Below are positions 1 to 9,518 of a DNA stretch of 64,000 nt, in pieces. Source of the DNA: Spirochaetia bacterium (GTDB lineage: Bacteria; Spirochaetota; Spirochaetia; DSM-2461); the NCBI GenBank assembly GCA_963666985.2, contig CAXXIA010000003.1, forward strand, positions 32,001 through 96,000. The letters are read 5' to 3'. Each line of letters opens with the position of its first letter. Position 1 is the stretch's first letter. The position numbers and the translations under genes are program-made. The notes under the pieces were generated by a model. That model searched no databases. It worked only from the letters and a program-made list of their open reading frames with translations, and had not been told where the DNA came from.

Positions 1-679
1 TGAAGAAGAACACTTTGCCTTTGTAATTCATCTGCTCCGCGAGCCATTCGGCCGAAAGGGTTCCGAAGGAATAAGGATCGTTGCCCATGAAACAGTTATA
101 TTTCGTGGTGTCGGCGCTGTCGTTGAAAAGCATGATGGGACAGCCGGCGTCATAGATTTTCTCAATTGTGTCTTTCAATGCCATGGGATCCAGAGGATCC
201 ACGATAATGCCGTCCAGTTCGCCTTTTTTCCACATGGTGAACATGCCTTCCAGGTTGGCGATTTGGGTATCGACATCGGAAGCGCTGTCCATGTGAATGT
301 AGTCGGTAATCAGCGTTGAGCGCTTGACTTCACGTTCGAATTCGGCGATGCAGACTTCCTGCCAGGGATTGCCCCTCCAACTGGTGATAAAACCGATTTT
401 ATAGGGGGGCTCGGCCGTGTATTCCCGGATTTTGGGACTGTTGTTCCACCAATCCAGCCAGGCTCCGCCCTTCATGGCGATACTGTAAGCCGTGTCCACG
501 TTCAAATCATAGCGAACGGGCTTACCGCTTTTTCCTTCAACGGCCGCAACCTGTTCCTTCAGCGTTGCGTTTTCAGCCTGAAGCGCTTTAAAATCAGCCT
601 CGCTCACCTTTGATCCGCAGCTTGTTACCGCCAAGGCAAAAAGCCCTAACGCGATCATTGATAAAAAGAGTCTCTTCAT
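1..679 (-). CDS. Sugar ABC transporter substrate-binding lipoprotein (RbsB/Peripla_BP_4-like), 3' end runs off the window
   Basis: Read manually from ATG at 679: MKRLFLSMIALGLFALAVTSCGSK (lipobox), then YKIGFITSWRGNPWQ, DTQIANLE, DGIIVDP. Not in the ORF track because it has no stop in the window. Confidence 0.8.
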   Translation of the reverse strand, partial: MKRLFLSMIALGLFALAVTSCGSKVSEADFKALQAENATLKEQVAAVEGKSGKPVRYDLNVDTAYSIAMKGGAWLDWWNNSPKIREYTAEPPYKIGFITSWRGNPWQEVCIAEFEREVKRSTLITDYIHMDSASDVDTQIANLEGMFTMWKKGELDGIIVDPLDPMALKDTIEKIYDAGCPIMLFNDSADTTKYNCFMGNDPYSFGTLSAEWLAEQMNYKGKVFFF

Positions 680-738
680 TCCTTCCTTCTCCTCGTTGTT
701 CTCTATACAGCGATAGAACCTACCGCTTTTTTTCCGAT

Positions 739-2298
739 TCATTTCTCAGCCGAGAATATTTTTTTAAGTTGGGTATTAATCGGTGATACGGCCCGATAAA
801 GGTCGTTAAAAACGCCGTATAGGTCGTTATAAACGGCGGTGTCTTTTTCTCTGGGTTCAATGCATTCTTTAATTTTAATGAAGTCCCGCACGGCCGAATC
901 AAAACCGTCGAAAACCCCCAGACCGACGCCGCAAACAATGGCCGCGCCGAGAGAATTGGCTTCTTGCTGAGCATTTAACGTACAGATGGTCCTATTCATG
1001 ACGCTGGCCTGGATATTTCTCCAAACCTCACTCTTCGATCCTCCGCCGATCATGTTGATCCGATCGAATCGAGTTCCCACCTGGTTTTCCATCACTTCGC
1101 ACATAATGCGAATGTTCATGGAAATCCCCTCCATAACGGAGCGAAGAATATCGCCTTTGGTATGGGCCAGCGTTAAACCGGCGATAGTTCCTCTGTCGTC
1201 CAAATTGTTATGAGGAGCGCCCCCCGGACGCATATTCGGCAAAAAAACAATTCCGTTGGATCCGGCCGGAGAAGCCTCGGCTTTTTTATCGATTATGGAA
1301 TAGACACTTCCCCCGGATTCCTCGGCTTCGCGAATCTCATTTTCACAGAACTGGTCCTTAACCCATTGATGGACAACACCGGCGGAAAACATCGCGAGCT
1401 GAACAACGTGAGTATCGGGAACCACATGACAAAGGGAAAACGGCCGCATCACATTATCGAAGAAAGGCTTTTTTGAAGCGACGGCCAGCCAGGATGCCGA
1501 GCCGATGACATTGTAGGCATTGCCTTCCGCGATAACACCCGCGCCCAATGCCGCGGAAGGAACATCTCCGCCGCCGATAACAACCGGCGTTCCTTCCATC
1601 AGCCCCGTAGCAGCCGCCGCGGAAGAAGTAACGTTCCCGACGATGTCGGTGGAACGGCAAATCCGTTCGGGGAGTTTTCCGGAATCCAGCCCGGAAGCGT
1701 TAATAATCTCATCATCCCATCGGCGCTTCTCAAGGTTCAGCAAACCCGTATTGGATGCGTCGGAATAATCGGTTAGGAATTCTCCGGTCAGCTTACAGAC
1801 GATAAAGTCCTTAACGCCGATCATTTTATAGGTGCTTTTGTAGACATCGGGCTGATGCGCTTTAATCCACATCATCTTGGCCAGCGCATAAAGAGGTATG
1901 GCCATGCCCGCACCGGTTCTTCGGTAAAACCGCTCCCACCCGATCCGCTCTTCGATACTTCGCCCTTCCTCGACGCTCCGGCAATCGGCCCAAATCATCA
2001 CCCGATCCGAAATGGAAGAGCCGTCAGTTCCCACGGGAATCAGCGACATCATCTGACCGCTGAACGAAACTCCGGCAATATCCCCGGAAGGGATTCCGGC
2101 CTTTTGGATAACCGTTTTTGTCGATTCACAAACGGCTTTCCACCAATCTTCGGGGTTTTGAACAACCCAATCCGAATGCGGATAATAGGTTTGATACTCA
2201 ACGTACGTACTGGCCAGCAATCGACCGTCGCACCCGTACAGCGACGCTTTATTCCCCGTTGTTCCAAGGTCATGAGATAAAATGGCTTGTTTGCTCAA
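739..2298 (-). CDS. FGGY-family carbohydrate kinase (xylulokinase-like)
   Basis: HDLGTTGNKA, SGQM, WADCRS, DYSDASNTG, GGGD and GGGSKS motifs. Likely TTG start at 2298 after GAGAGGA; the ORF track extends to 2325. Confidence 0.9.
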   Translation of the reverse strand: MSKQAILSHDLGTTGNKASLYGCDGRLLASTYVEYQTYYPHSDWVVQNPEDWWKAVCESTKTVIQKAGIPSGDIAGVSFSGQMMSLIPVGTDGSSISDRVMIWADCRSVEEGRSIEERIGWERFYRRTGAGMAIPLYALAKMMWIKAHQPDVYKSTYKMIGVKDFIVCKLTGEFLTDYSDASNTGLLNLEKRRWDDEIINASGLDSGKLPERICRSTDIVGNVTSSAAAATGLMEGTPVVIGGGDVPSAALGAGVIAEGNAYNVIGSASWLAVASKKPFFDNVMRPFSLCHVVPDTHVVQLAMFSAGVVHQWVKDQFCENEIREAEESGGSVYSIIDKKAEASPAGSNGIVFLPNMRPGGAPHNNLDDRGTIAGLTLAHTKGDILRSVMEGISMNIRIMCEVMENQVGTRFDRINMIGGGSKSEVWRNIQASVMNRTICTLNAQQEANSLGAAIVCGVGLGVFDGFDSAVRDFIKIKECIEPREKDTAVYNDLYGVFNDLYRAVSPINTQLKKIFSAEK

Positions 2299-2311
2299 AA
2301 CGTTTCTCCTC

Positions 2312-2707
2312 TCAAGTAATTTCATCCGTCAGGATTTCGAACAGTTCAATCCAATTATCCTCAATATCCCGGAAATAGCCGATTCTCCATCCGTTCGTTG
2401 TTTGCCGTTCGCCTTCGATGAAAACGCCTTTGGATTCCAAATATTCCTTAGCTTCCGAAAAATCATCGAGGCGAAACGCAAAATGACTTAATCCCGGTTC
2501 ATCCAGAGCTCTCCCGATACGTTCTTTTTTCGAGGGAAGCAATTCAATTCGAAGATCGCCTTTTTCCAGGAAATAAATCGGCGGCCGGCCGGTTTTCAGC
2601 AGCTGATGAACCACGCGAAAACCCAAAACATCCTCATACCAGTGTTTCAGGGCTTCGACATCCGCGGCATAAATCCCCACATGGCATCCGACCGGCCGAA
2701 GCATCAT
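2312..2707 (-). CDS. VOC/glyoxalase-family protein
   Basis: HVGIYAAD...WYEDVLGF, IELL, HFAF, YFRDIEDNWIELF pattern with metal-binding H/E/H/E residues. Confidence 0.85.
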   Translation of the reverse strand: MMLRPVGCHVGIYAADVEALKHWYEDVLGFRVVHQLLKTGRPPIYFLEKGDLRIELLPSKKERIGRALDEPGLSHFAFRLDDFSEAKEYLESKGVFIEGERQTTNGWRIGYFRDIEDNWIELFEILTDEIT

Positions 2708-3366
2708 GAATCAATCCAATCCTGATAGATGGACAATCCCGCGCTGGTTCCCAGCCGCGTCGCGCCGGCGTCCACCATGGCTTTTGCATCGGCGGCGGAA
2801 CGAATACCTCCGGCTGCTTTCACGCGCGTGGAGGTTCCTTTAACGGAATCCGACATCAATTTCACGATACGGGGAGTCGGCGGTTCGATAAATCCGGTTG
2901 ATGTTTTTACAAAATCGGCGCCCGCCTGGGAATAGATTTCACAAGCCTTCACAATCTCGTCATCCGTCAGAAGACACACTTCAAAAATGGCTTTCAGGAT
3001 TTTATTCCCCGCCGCCTTCCGGCAAACATCGGCTTCTTTCTTCAGAACATCATAGTTTCCGTCCTTAAGAGCACCGACATTGATAACGAAATCACAGTCT
3101 GTTGCCCCTTTCGCGGCGGCATCCCGGATTTCAAATTCTTTCATTTCCGCCGTCCAGGCACCGTAGGGGAAAGCCAATGCCGCGGTAATGCCCACATCGG
3201 AACCTTCCAGAAAACGGCGGGCATATTCGATATAGCAAGGATGAATCGCAACCGTGGCGAAATTGTATAACCGGGACTCAAGGCAGATGTTTTCAATGCT
3301 TTCCAACGGAACTTGGATTTTCAGCTGAGTTTGGTCGATGTAACCGGCAATTTCATTTTTGGTCAT
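2704..3366 (-). CDS. deoC: Deoxyribose-phosphate aldolase
   Basis: IDQTQL, FPYG, DCDFVIN, LKAIFE, FVKTSTG, VKAAGG, RLGTS; all canonical DERA catalytic positions present. Confidence 0.9.
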   Translation of the reverse strand: MTKNEIAGYIDQTQLKIQVPLESIENICLESRLYNFATVAIHPCYIEYARRFLEGSDVGITAALAFPYGAWTAEMKEFEIRDAAAKGATDCDFVINVGALKDGNYDVLKKEADVCRKAAGNKILKAIFEVCLLTDDEIVKACEIYSQAGADFVKTSTGFIEPPTPRIVKLMSDSVKGTSTRVKAAGGIRSAADAKAMVDAGATRLGTSAGLSIYQDWIDS

Positions 3367-4028
3367 TTAGCATCCTCCTCGGTCCATCCGATGATGTTTT
3401 TCCATGTACTGGAGTGAATGCGATCCACTCCGGCTTCGATGTATTCCTCGGCATCCTTCTTCGTACGGACACCGCCGGAGACCTCAATCTGCAATTCTTT
3501 TCCGATAACCCGGCGGATGAACTTAACGTGTTCTATAGCCGTCGAGCCTTGCCAGAAGCCGGAATTGGTCTTAATGATTTTTATCCCCACCTCCAAAAAG
3601 AGCCGGCAGACCTGTTCAATTTCCTCGAATGTCATTTTCGCCACCTGCGGCAAAGCGACGATATCCATCTTCCCGCCGACCGCTTTAACAATGGCTTCCA
3701 AATCCTTTTTCACCAAATCCCATTTACCGGATTTCATATAGTTGAATTTGGGGCTGACATCGATTTCACTGCATTGAAAGCTCAAAGCCCGTTCGATGAG
3801 TTTTACATTCGTTTCCGTCGTGAACCCGCCTAAGGGGTATGAAATAATTGTGCCCACCCTTTTTTTAGGAAAAAGTTCTCGGGCTAAGGAAATGTAGAAC
3901 TCATCAACAATAACCGAATAAAAATCAACATTCTTAACGTCTTTCGCGAACTCTCTGATTCCTGATTCCGTCATTTCGGTCGTCAACGGCGCAAGAATCA
4001 TTCGTTTTGCCATATCTTGATCAATCAT
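3363..4028 (-). CDS. Divergent DeoC-like aldolase paralogue
   Basis: YPLG, EIDV, IKTNSG, IEVSGGVRT, RIHSS align to DERA motifs, but the second lysine is replaced by Glu. ATGA overlap with deoC. Confidence 0.8.
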   Translation of the reverse strand: MIDQDMAKRMILAPLTTEMTESGIREFAKDVKNVDFYSVIVDEFYISLARELFPKKRVGTIISYPLGGFTTETNVKLIERALSFQCSEIDVSPKFNYMKSGKWDLVKKDLEAIVKAVGGKMDIVALPQVAKMTFEEIEQVCRLFLEVGIKIIKTNSGFWQGSTAIEHVKFIRRVIGKELQIEVSGGVRTKKDAEEYIEAGVDRIHSSTWKNIIGWTEEDAK

Positions 4029-4039
4029 GGCTACTCCTT

Positions 4040-4065
4040 ATGATGTAATCATGTCTTTACATCAT
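4040..4065. promoter_or_regulatory. Palindromic operator candidate ATGATGTAA-N8-TTACATCAT
   Basis: Perfect 9-bp inverted repeat 12 bp upstream of the operon start, in a divergent intergenic region. Confidence 0.6.
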
Positions 4066-4177
4066 TCTATCATAACGATATTGTGTCGGCAAGCATTTTT
4101 TTCAGCGGATGATGTGGCAGGCCGGGATTCCCCGACTGCATAAGTCAATTAACTTTTCCTTGATAAGGAGTTACTAA

Positions 4178-5050
4178 ATGAGATCTTATCCTGAATGCAT
4201 TCCCTGCATTGTCGAGCAAACCTTAAGAGCGACAAAACGCCTTACGGAGAATCAACAGCTCCATTTAGATTGTCTCTATGACGTCTGCGCGAATTTCAGA
4301 AAAAACCGTCCTTTGGATAATCCTGCCCGTGAAAGTCAGTTTGCCTACGAAACGGTTATGAACCATACGGGCGCCGCCGATCCGTACCGTGATGAAATGC
4401 TCTGGGCCAATAAGCTTGCGAAGGAAATCCTCTCGAATCTCCCGCACGACTCCCACTACTTCACCGATATGGAAGCGGCCCTTCGGCTTTCGGCGGCCGG
4501 CAATGCCATCGACTACGGACCGCAGCATAGTTCGGATATTGAACAAGATGTTCGGGACTCCATAGAACAGGAACCGGCCGTCAGTCACTTTTCCGATTTC
4601 GCCGAAAAGCTGAACAACGCCGAAAACTTGCTGTTTCTTGCCGATAATGCCGGAGAAATCATCTTTGACAAGGTGTTCCTTTCACTAATAAAGGATAAAG
4701 GCATTAACGTTACCATAGCGGTAAAATCCGGTCCCATTCTCAACGATGTGACACTGAAAACCGCTCGTGAAATCGGACTTGATAACGACTTTCCCGTTAT
4801 CGGCACGGGTTCCAATGCCATGGGAGTGGATTTTTGGCGATGTTCCGACGAATTTTTGGAATTGTTCAAAACGTCCGACATTATTCTGGCAAAAGGACAA
4901 GCGAATTTCGAATCCCTTCATGGAACCGAAAGAGAAATTTTCAGTCTTTTACGGGTGAAATGTCCCATAATCGCCTCCCTTACGGGGGGACCTGTCGGCA
5001 GATCCGTTTTTCTTAGTTTAAAACGATTAGAACAATCGTCTCTTTTATAA
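4178..5050 (+). CDS. DUF89/ARMT1-like damage-control phosphatase
   Basis: N-terminal ECIPC, GNAIDYG, DNAGE, PILNDVT, KGQANFESL, VKC motifs; AAGGAG RBS. Confidence 0.88.
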   Translation: MRSYPECIPCIVEQTLRATKRLTENQQLHLDCLYDVCANFRKNRPLDNPARESQFAYETVMNHTGAADPYRDEMLWANKLAKEILSNLPHDSHYFTDMEAALRLSAAGNAIDYGPQHSSDIEQDVRDSIEQEPAVSHFSDFAEKLNNAENLLFLADNAGEIIFDKVFLSLIKDKGINVTIAVKSGPILNDVTLKTAREIGLDNDFPVIGTGSNAMGVDFWRCSDEFLELFKTSDIILAKGQANFESLHGTEREIFSLLRVKCPIIASLTGGPVGRSVFLSLKRLEQSSLL

Positions 5051-5205
5051 TCCGGAACCGCCCGACCGATTCCGTAAAAGATGAGGAATCCGAGGGCGAA
5101 GTACGGTAATGCGAAATAAAGGAATCCGGGCGGATGAGCAAAACATGAATTTTCGAACAGCCCCTCCCGATTAAACAAAAAAGCGGATTCTCAGCAACAA
5201 AATTA

Positions 5206-5293
5206 AGAGGTGAATTCAAAGCCCTTTCAACGCGGATTCGGAGGGGTTTCGGCCATCGGAGAGAATCAATTTCATGATTATGAAACCGCCTCA
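5206..5293 (+). repeat. Three-hairpin intergenic repeat, copy A (left hairpin deleted)
   Basis: GAGGTGAATTCAAAGCCCTT...TTTCGGCCATCGG...CAATTTCATGATTATGAAACCGCCTCA matches the copies at 27502 and 54559. Confidence 0.7.
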
Positions 5294-5437
5294 GGCATAA
5301 TTGGTTTTTTCTTTTCCATGGGACTGGAAAGTCCCCTTCCTATCTTTTCTCATATTTCTTTAACATTCCCCAAAACAAACGCTTATTTTCTTCCTTAGGA
5401 ATTCTATACTGTTAAGTAATCTCTAAGGAGGATTATT

Positions 5438-7027
5438 ATGCACAGCCGAAAACTTCGTTTTTTCGCGATTGCCGTTCTATTCACCGCCGTCGTTCCCGCT
5501 TTGATGGCGAGCGGCGCTGCGGACGGCCCGAGGAAGGGAAGCGCCGAACTGGTGGTGCTTCATACGAACGATTTCCACGGACATCCGCTGAAGTTCTATA
5601 ACTATCCCGCTCCGGATCTCGGCGGACTTCCGGCCATGGCCACCATCGTGCAGGACATCCGGGAGGAGAATGAGAATGTATTGGTTCTGGATGCCGGCGA
5701 TATCAATACCGGGCGGCCGGAATCGAACTTCTATGAAACGGCTCCGGACATTATCGGTTACAACTATATCGGCTACGACGCCATGACTCTGGGAAATCAT
5801 GAATTCGACAAACCCTTAAGCGTTTTAAGTCAGCAGGAACAAATGGCCTCTTTTCCCTTTCTCTCGGCCAATGTCCGTCTGCCCGACGGCTCCCTGCTTG
5901 CCGAACCGTACATCATCAAGAAAGTCGGGAATATGAGAGTGGGGATTTTCGGTCTGACAACCACCGAAACCCCCATCGTTACCTCCCCGAGCATCACCGG
6001 CGATCTTATCTTCGAAGACGAAGTCGAAACAGCCCGCCGCATGGTGGCCGAGCTCACGCCTCAGGCCGACGTTATTATCGCTCTGGTTCACTTGGGGCTT
6101 TACGATAATGAGAATCTCGGCTCCCGCCGACTCGCAAAAAACGTAAGCGGCATCGACTTGATTATCGACGGCCACAGCCATACCCAGATGAAAGAACCCG
6201 TTGTTGTGAACGGCACTCCCATTGTACAGGCTTGGCAGTGGGGTCTTGAAATCGGCAAAGCCGTCATGAAGGTTACGGACGGCGAGGTAACGGATTTCAC
6301 CTGGGAACCCATTCCCGTCAACTTGAAAAACCGCAGCAAGGACGCCGCGGGCAACAGCGTATACACCTACATCGACAAAGAGGTTCGGGAAGATCCCTTC
6401 CTGCTCAACGCTCTCACACCGTATGCCGATCAGGTGGAGGCCAAACTTTCCGTGGTTATCGGCAGAGCCGCGGGATTATTCAGCAACGCGAAGTCCCGTA
6501 ACGAGGAAACCGCTTTGGGCAACTTCGTCGCGGACGCCATGCTTTGGGCCACCAAAGATCAGGGCGCCGATTTCGCCATTCAGAACGGCGGCGGGATTCG
6601 AACCGACATTCCGGAAGGTGAAATCAACAAGAAACTCATTTACGAAGTTCTGCCCTTCGACAACTCGGTCATGACCGTCGACATGACCGGGGAACAGGTT
6701 CTTGCGATGTTCGCGTACGTTCCGACCATCGAACGGGGAAAAGGCGCGTTCCCGCAGGTTTCCGAAGGCGTCTCCTTCACCGCGGACTTCACCACGGGCG
6801 AGGCGAAAAACATACGGATCAACGGCCGGCCGGTAGATCCGAAGGCCACCTACAAGGTCACCACGAATTCCTTCATGGCCGTCGGAGGCGACGGGTATTC
6901 CATGATGATTCCGGGATACAAGTACGATACGTCCGCGTTCCAAAGAGATGTTGTAATCGACTACATCGAACACCTCGGAGGCGTCATCACGCCTTCGGTT
7001 GAGGGACGAATTACCGTTATCGAGTAA
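5438..7027 (+). CDS. Secreted 5'-nucleotidase / UDP-sugar hydrolase (UshA-like)
   Basis: Signal peptide; HTNDFHG, DAGD, GNHEFD, GHSH; C-terminal NGGGIR, LPFDN, GGDGY. Confidence 0.92.
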   Translation: MHSRKLRFFAIAVLFTAVVPALMASGAADGPRKGSAELVVLHTNDFHGHPLKFYNYPAPDLGGLPAMATIVQDIREENENVLVLDAGDINTGRPESNFYETAPDIIGYNYIGYDAMTLGNHEFDKPLSVLSQQEQMASFPFLSANVRLPDGSLLAEPYIIKKVGNMRVGIFGLTTTETPIVTSPSITGDLIFEDEVETARRMVAELTPQADVIIALVHLGLYDNENLGSRRLAKNVSGIDLIIDGHSHTQMKEPVVVNGTPIVQAWQWGLEIGKAVMKVTDGEVTDFTWEPIPVNLKNRSKDAAGNSVYTYIDKEVREDPFLLNALTPYADQVEAKLSVVIGRAAGLFSNAKSRNEETALGNFVADAMLWATKDQGADFAIQNGGGIRTDIPEGEINKKLIYEVLPFDNSVMTVDMTGEQVLAMFAYVPTIERGKGAFPQVSEGVSFTADFTTGEAKNIRINGRPVDPKATYKVTTNSFMAVGGDGYSMMIPGYKYDTSAFQRDVVIDYIEHLGGVITPSVEGRITVIE

Positions 7028-7323
7028 TTTTATCGGGACCGATTCCGGCGGCGGACAGGCTTCGGCGGTCTTCCGGCCGCCGTATGAGGAGGCTTTTCAC
7101 CGCCGCTTTTTCAGCGTAATCCGATCGGTATCGGTCGGCAGGCCCTCTTCGGACGGAGGGCCGCAGTCCGCCGCCGGATACCTGTACCGCCGCTCAACGG
7201 CGGCTTTCGGCGGCGGGCATAAGCAGCCGCGGCGGAGAACGGGCGGCCCGCATTCCTCACACGGCCGGCCTCGGTCTTTTCGTAAAGGCTCATCCCCGAA
7301 CGGCTTCGGGGGTCACCTCTCAA

Positions 7324-8025
7324 TTAAGCGATTTCCAGCGCGATTTCCATCATCTGACGAAAGGTACTCTGGCGCTCTTCGGCGCTGCACTGTTCATGGG
7401 TTACGATGCTGTCGCTCACGGTGAGCAGGGAGAGCGCTTTGGCCTTGAACTTCGCGGCCAGCGTGTAAAGCGCGGCGGTTTCCATTTCCACGGCGATGGC
7501 CCCGTAATCAGCCCAGAGCTTCCAGGAATCGGGATTGTCGTCGTAGAAGGTGTCGGAAGTAAGAATGTTTCCCGCGACGGCTTTCACGCCCAGTCTGCCG
7601 GCCTCTTCCCAGGCCCGCCGGACCAAATCGAAATTCGCCGTGGGCGCATAATCCCGGCCGCCGAAACGCAGCTTGTTCACCGCAGAATCGGTGGAGGCGC
7701 TCATGGCGATAACAACTTCCCGGAGTCCCACCTCCTTTTGCATGGAGCCGCAGGTTCCGATGCGGATAACGGTTTTCACGCCGTAGAAGGCCAGAAGTTC
7801 ATGCACGTAGATGGAAATGGACGGGATGCCCATGCCGGTTCCCTGCACGGAGACTCTCTTGCCTTTGTAGGTTCCGGTGAACCCCAGCATGCCGCGCACT
7901 TCGTTGTGGCAGACGGGATTTTCAAGAAAATTCTCCGCGATGAACTTGGCCCGTAAGGGGTCGCCGGGAAGAAGAACGGATTCTGCGATGTCGCCTTTTT
8001 CGGCGCCCAAATGCGGTGTGCTCAT
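7324..8025 (-). CDS. deoD: Purine nucleoside phosphorylase DeoD-type
   Basis: [43 protein letters not shown]. Confidence 0.96.
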   Translation of the reverse strand: MSTPHLGAEKGDIAESVLLPGDPLRAKFIAENFLENPVCHNEVRGMLGFTGTYKGKRVSVQGTGMGIPSISIYVHELLAFYGVKTVIRIGTCGSMQKEVGLREVVIAMSASTDSAVNKLRFGGRDYAPTANFDLVRRAWEEAGRLGVKAVAGNILTSDTFYDDNPDSWKLWADYGAIAVEMETAALYTLAAKFKAKALSLLTVSDSIVTHEQCSAEERQSTFRQMMEIALEIA

Positions 8026-8049
8026 GTGTTACCTCAATCAATTGTCGTA

Positions 8050-8193
8050 TAAGGCAATTTCATAATATTATGAAATTGCTTGTATCCGATGGCCGACCCT
8101 CCTGCGGATTCGTCTTAGAAGGGCCGTCTTTCAAAAACCACAAACAGCTGAACTGTGCAACAGTTTAGCGGGCCTGTTTTTGAAAGAGCATCG
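8050..8193 (-). repeat. Three-hairpin intergenic repeat, copy B (reverse orientation, expanded loop)
   Basis: TAAGGCAATTTCATAATATTATGAAATTGCTTG...CGATGGCCGA...TAGAAGGGC...TTTCAAAAAC-(long loop)-GTTTTTGAAA is the reverse complement of the consensus. Confidence 0.75.
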
Positions 8194-8222
8194 AATCTTC
8201 GACTTTATTCTATGGTATTTGA

Positions 8223-9518
8223 ATGATCCCTGTCGCGTGGTACGAAAAATTCCAAGTTTCAAAAAAACAGGCGGACGATCTTCGCAAGGCCGGCGCCGCC
8301 TTATGGAATATGGCCGAACCGGGTTTTCGGGAAAAGGCCACCCACGATTATCTCTCCGGTCTCTTTGAGATTCTCGGCTTCTCCGTACGTCCTTTCGAAG
8401 GCATTCCCGGATTCATCGCCTCTTTCCCGGAAAAATCCGGGGCGCCTTCAAACACTTCTTCGGACCAATCGGGTTCTTCCGGTATTCCCGCCGCCTCCCA
8501 AAAAACGGCGCCGACGAGCGGCACTGAGAACGCGGCCGATTCCGAAGGACGTATTGCTCTCATATCCGACATGGACGGCCTCCCCAACCCGGAGGACTCA
8601 ACGGGCACCTACATCCATTCCTGCGGACACCATATGCAGATGGCCGCCCTATACGGGGCCGCCCGTCTCTTAAAGGACGCCGCTTCCGGCGCTCTTCGGC
8701 ACATGGATTTCATCGCCGTTCCCGCCGAAGAATACATCGATTTGGAATACAGGGAGACTCTCCGCTCCGCCGGAGTCGTCTCCCGTCTCAGCGGAAAGCA
8801 GGAATTGATTGAGCGCGGTTATTTTAAGGGATACCGGCAGGTCGTCTCCACTCATGCCGCCGGTTTTCAGGAACCTCTTTTCATCAGCAGTGTCCGCTCC
8901 ATGGGAGGCTTCCGGGCGATGCGCTTTATTTTCCGGGGCAAAGCCGCCCATGCCGGCGCGGCGCCTCATAAAGGCATTAATGCCCAAAACGCCGCATCGC
9001 TGTTCCTTCAAGCCTGCGCCTTTCTGAGAGAAGGCTTCCGAAATGAAGATTACATCCGTATTCATCCGGTTCTCTCCTACCCTCCCGATCAATCGGTGAA
9101 TATCGTTCCGGCGCTGGTTCGGGCCGATACATACGTTCGGGCGGCCGCGATCGAGGCCATTGATGAAACCGCCGGGAAACTTAAAGACGCCGCCAAAGGC
9201 GCCGCCGCCGCGTTGGGCGCTTCTGTGGAAATAGAAGAAATACCCGGTTACGCCCCGTTTAAGGCAAACCTCGACATGCACGAAATCCTGCGCACCGTCA
9301 CGGAAGAAATGGAACTTCCTTTCATCGACGAGGACTACTCCGCCGCATCCTCGGACGTGGGCGATCTTTCCCAAATGATTCCGACGATTATGCTGGGCCT
9401 GCCGGGTGTAAACGGTCTTTTTCATAATCCCGGATTTCGAGTGACCGACGAGGATGCGGCGTATGTTCTGCCCTCTGCGGTTTTAGTCCGCTATCTGGAA
9501 GCCCTAACAGGCTGTTGA
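8223..9518 (+). CDS. M20/M25/M40 metallopeptidase-amidohydrolase (AbgB-like)
   Basis: SDMDGL, HSCGH, PAEE, FRGKAAHAGAAPHKGINA, SSDVGDLS. Confidence 0.85.
   Translation: MIPVAWYEKFQVSKKQADDLRKAGAALWNMAEPGFREKATHDYLSGLFEILGFSVRPFEGIPGFIASFPEKSGAPSNTSSDQSGSSGIPAASQKTAPTSGTENAADSEGRIALISDMDGLPNPEDSTGTYIHSCGHHMQMAALYGAARLLKDAASGALRHMDFIAVPAEEYIDLEYRETLRSAGVVSRLSGKQELIERGYFKGYRQVVSTHAAGFQEPLFISSVRSMGGFRAMRFIFRGKAAHAGAAPHKGINAQNAASLFLQACAFLREGFRNEDYIRIHPVLSYPPDQSVNIVPALVRADTYVRAAAIEAIDETAGKLKDAAKGAAAALGASVEIEEIPGYAPFKANLDMHEILRTVTEEMELPFIDEDYSAASSDVGDLSQMIPTIMLGLPGVNGLFHNPGFRVTDEDAAYVLPSAVLVRYLEALTGC

Noticed and set aside
5058..5133. Long imperfect stem (CCGCCCG...CGGGCGG) after DUF89 as an ncRNA
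   Set aside because: Single instance, explicable as a terminator or decayed repeat
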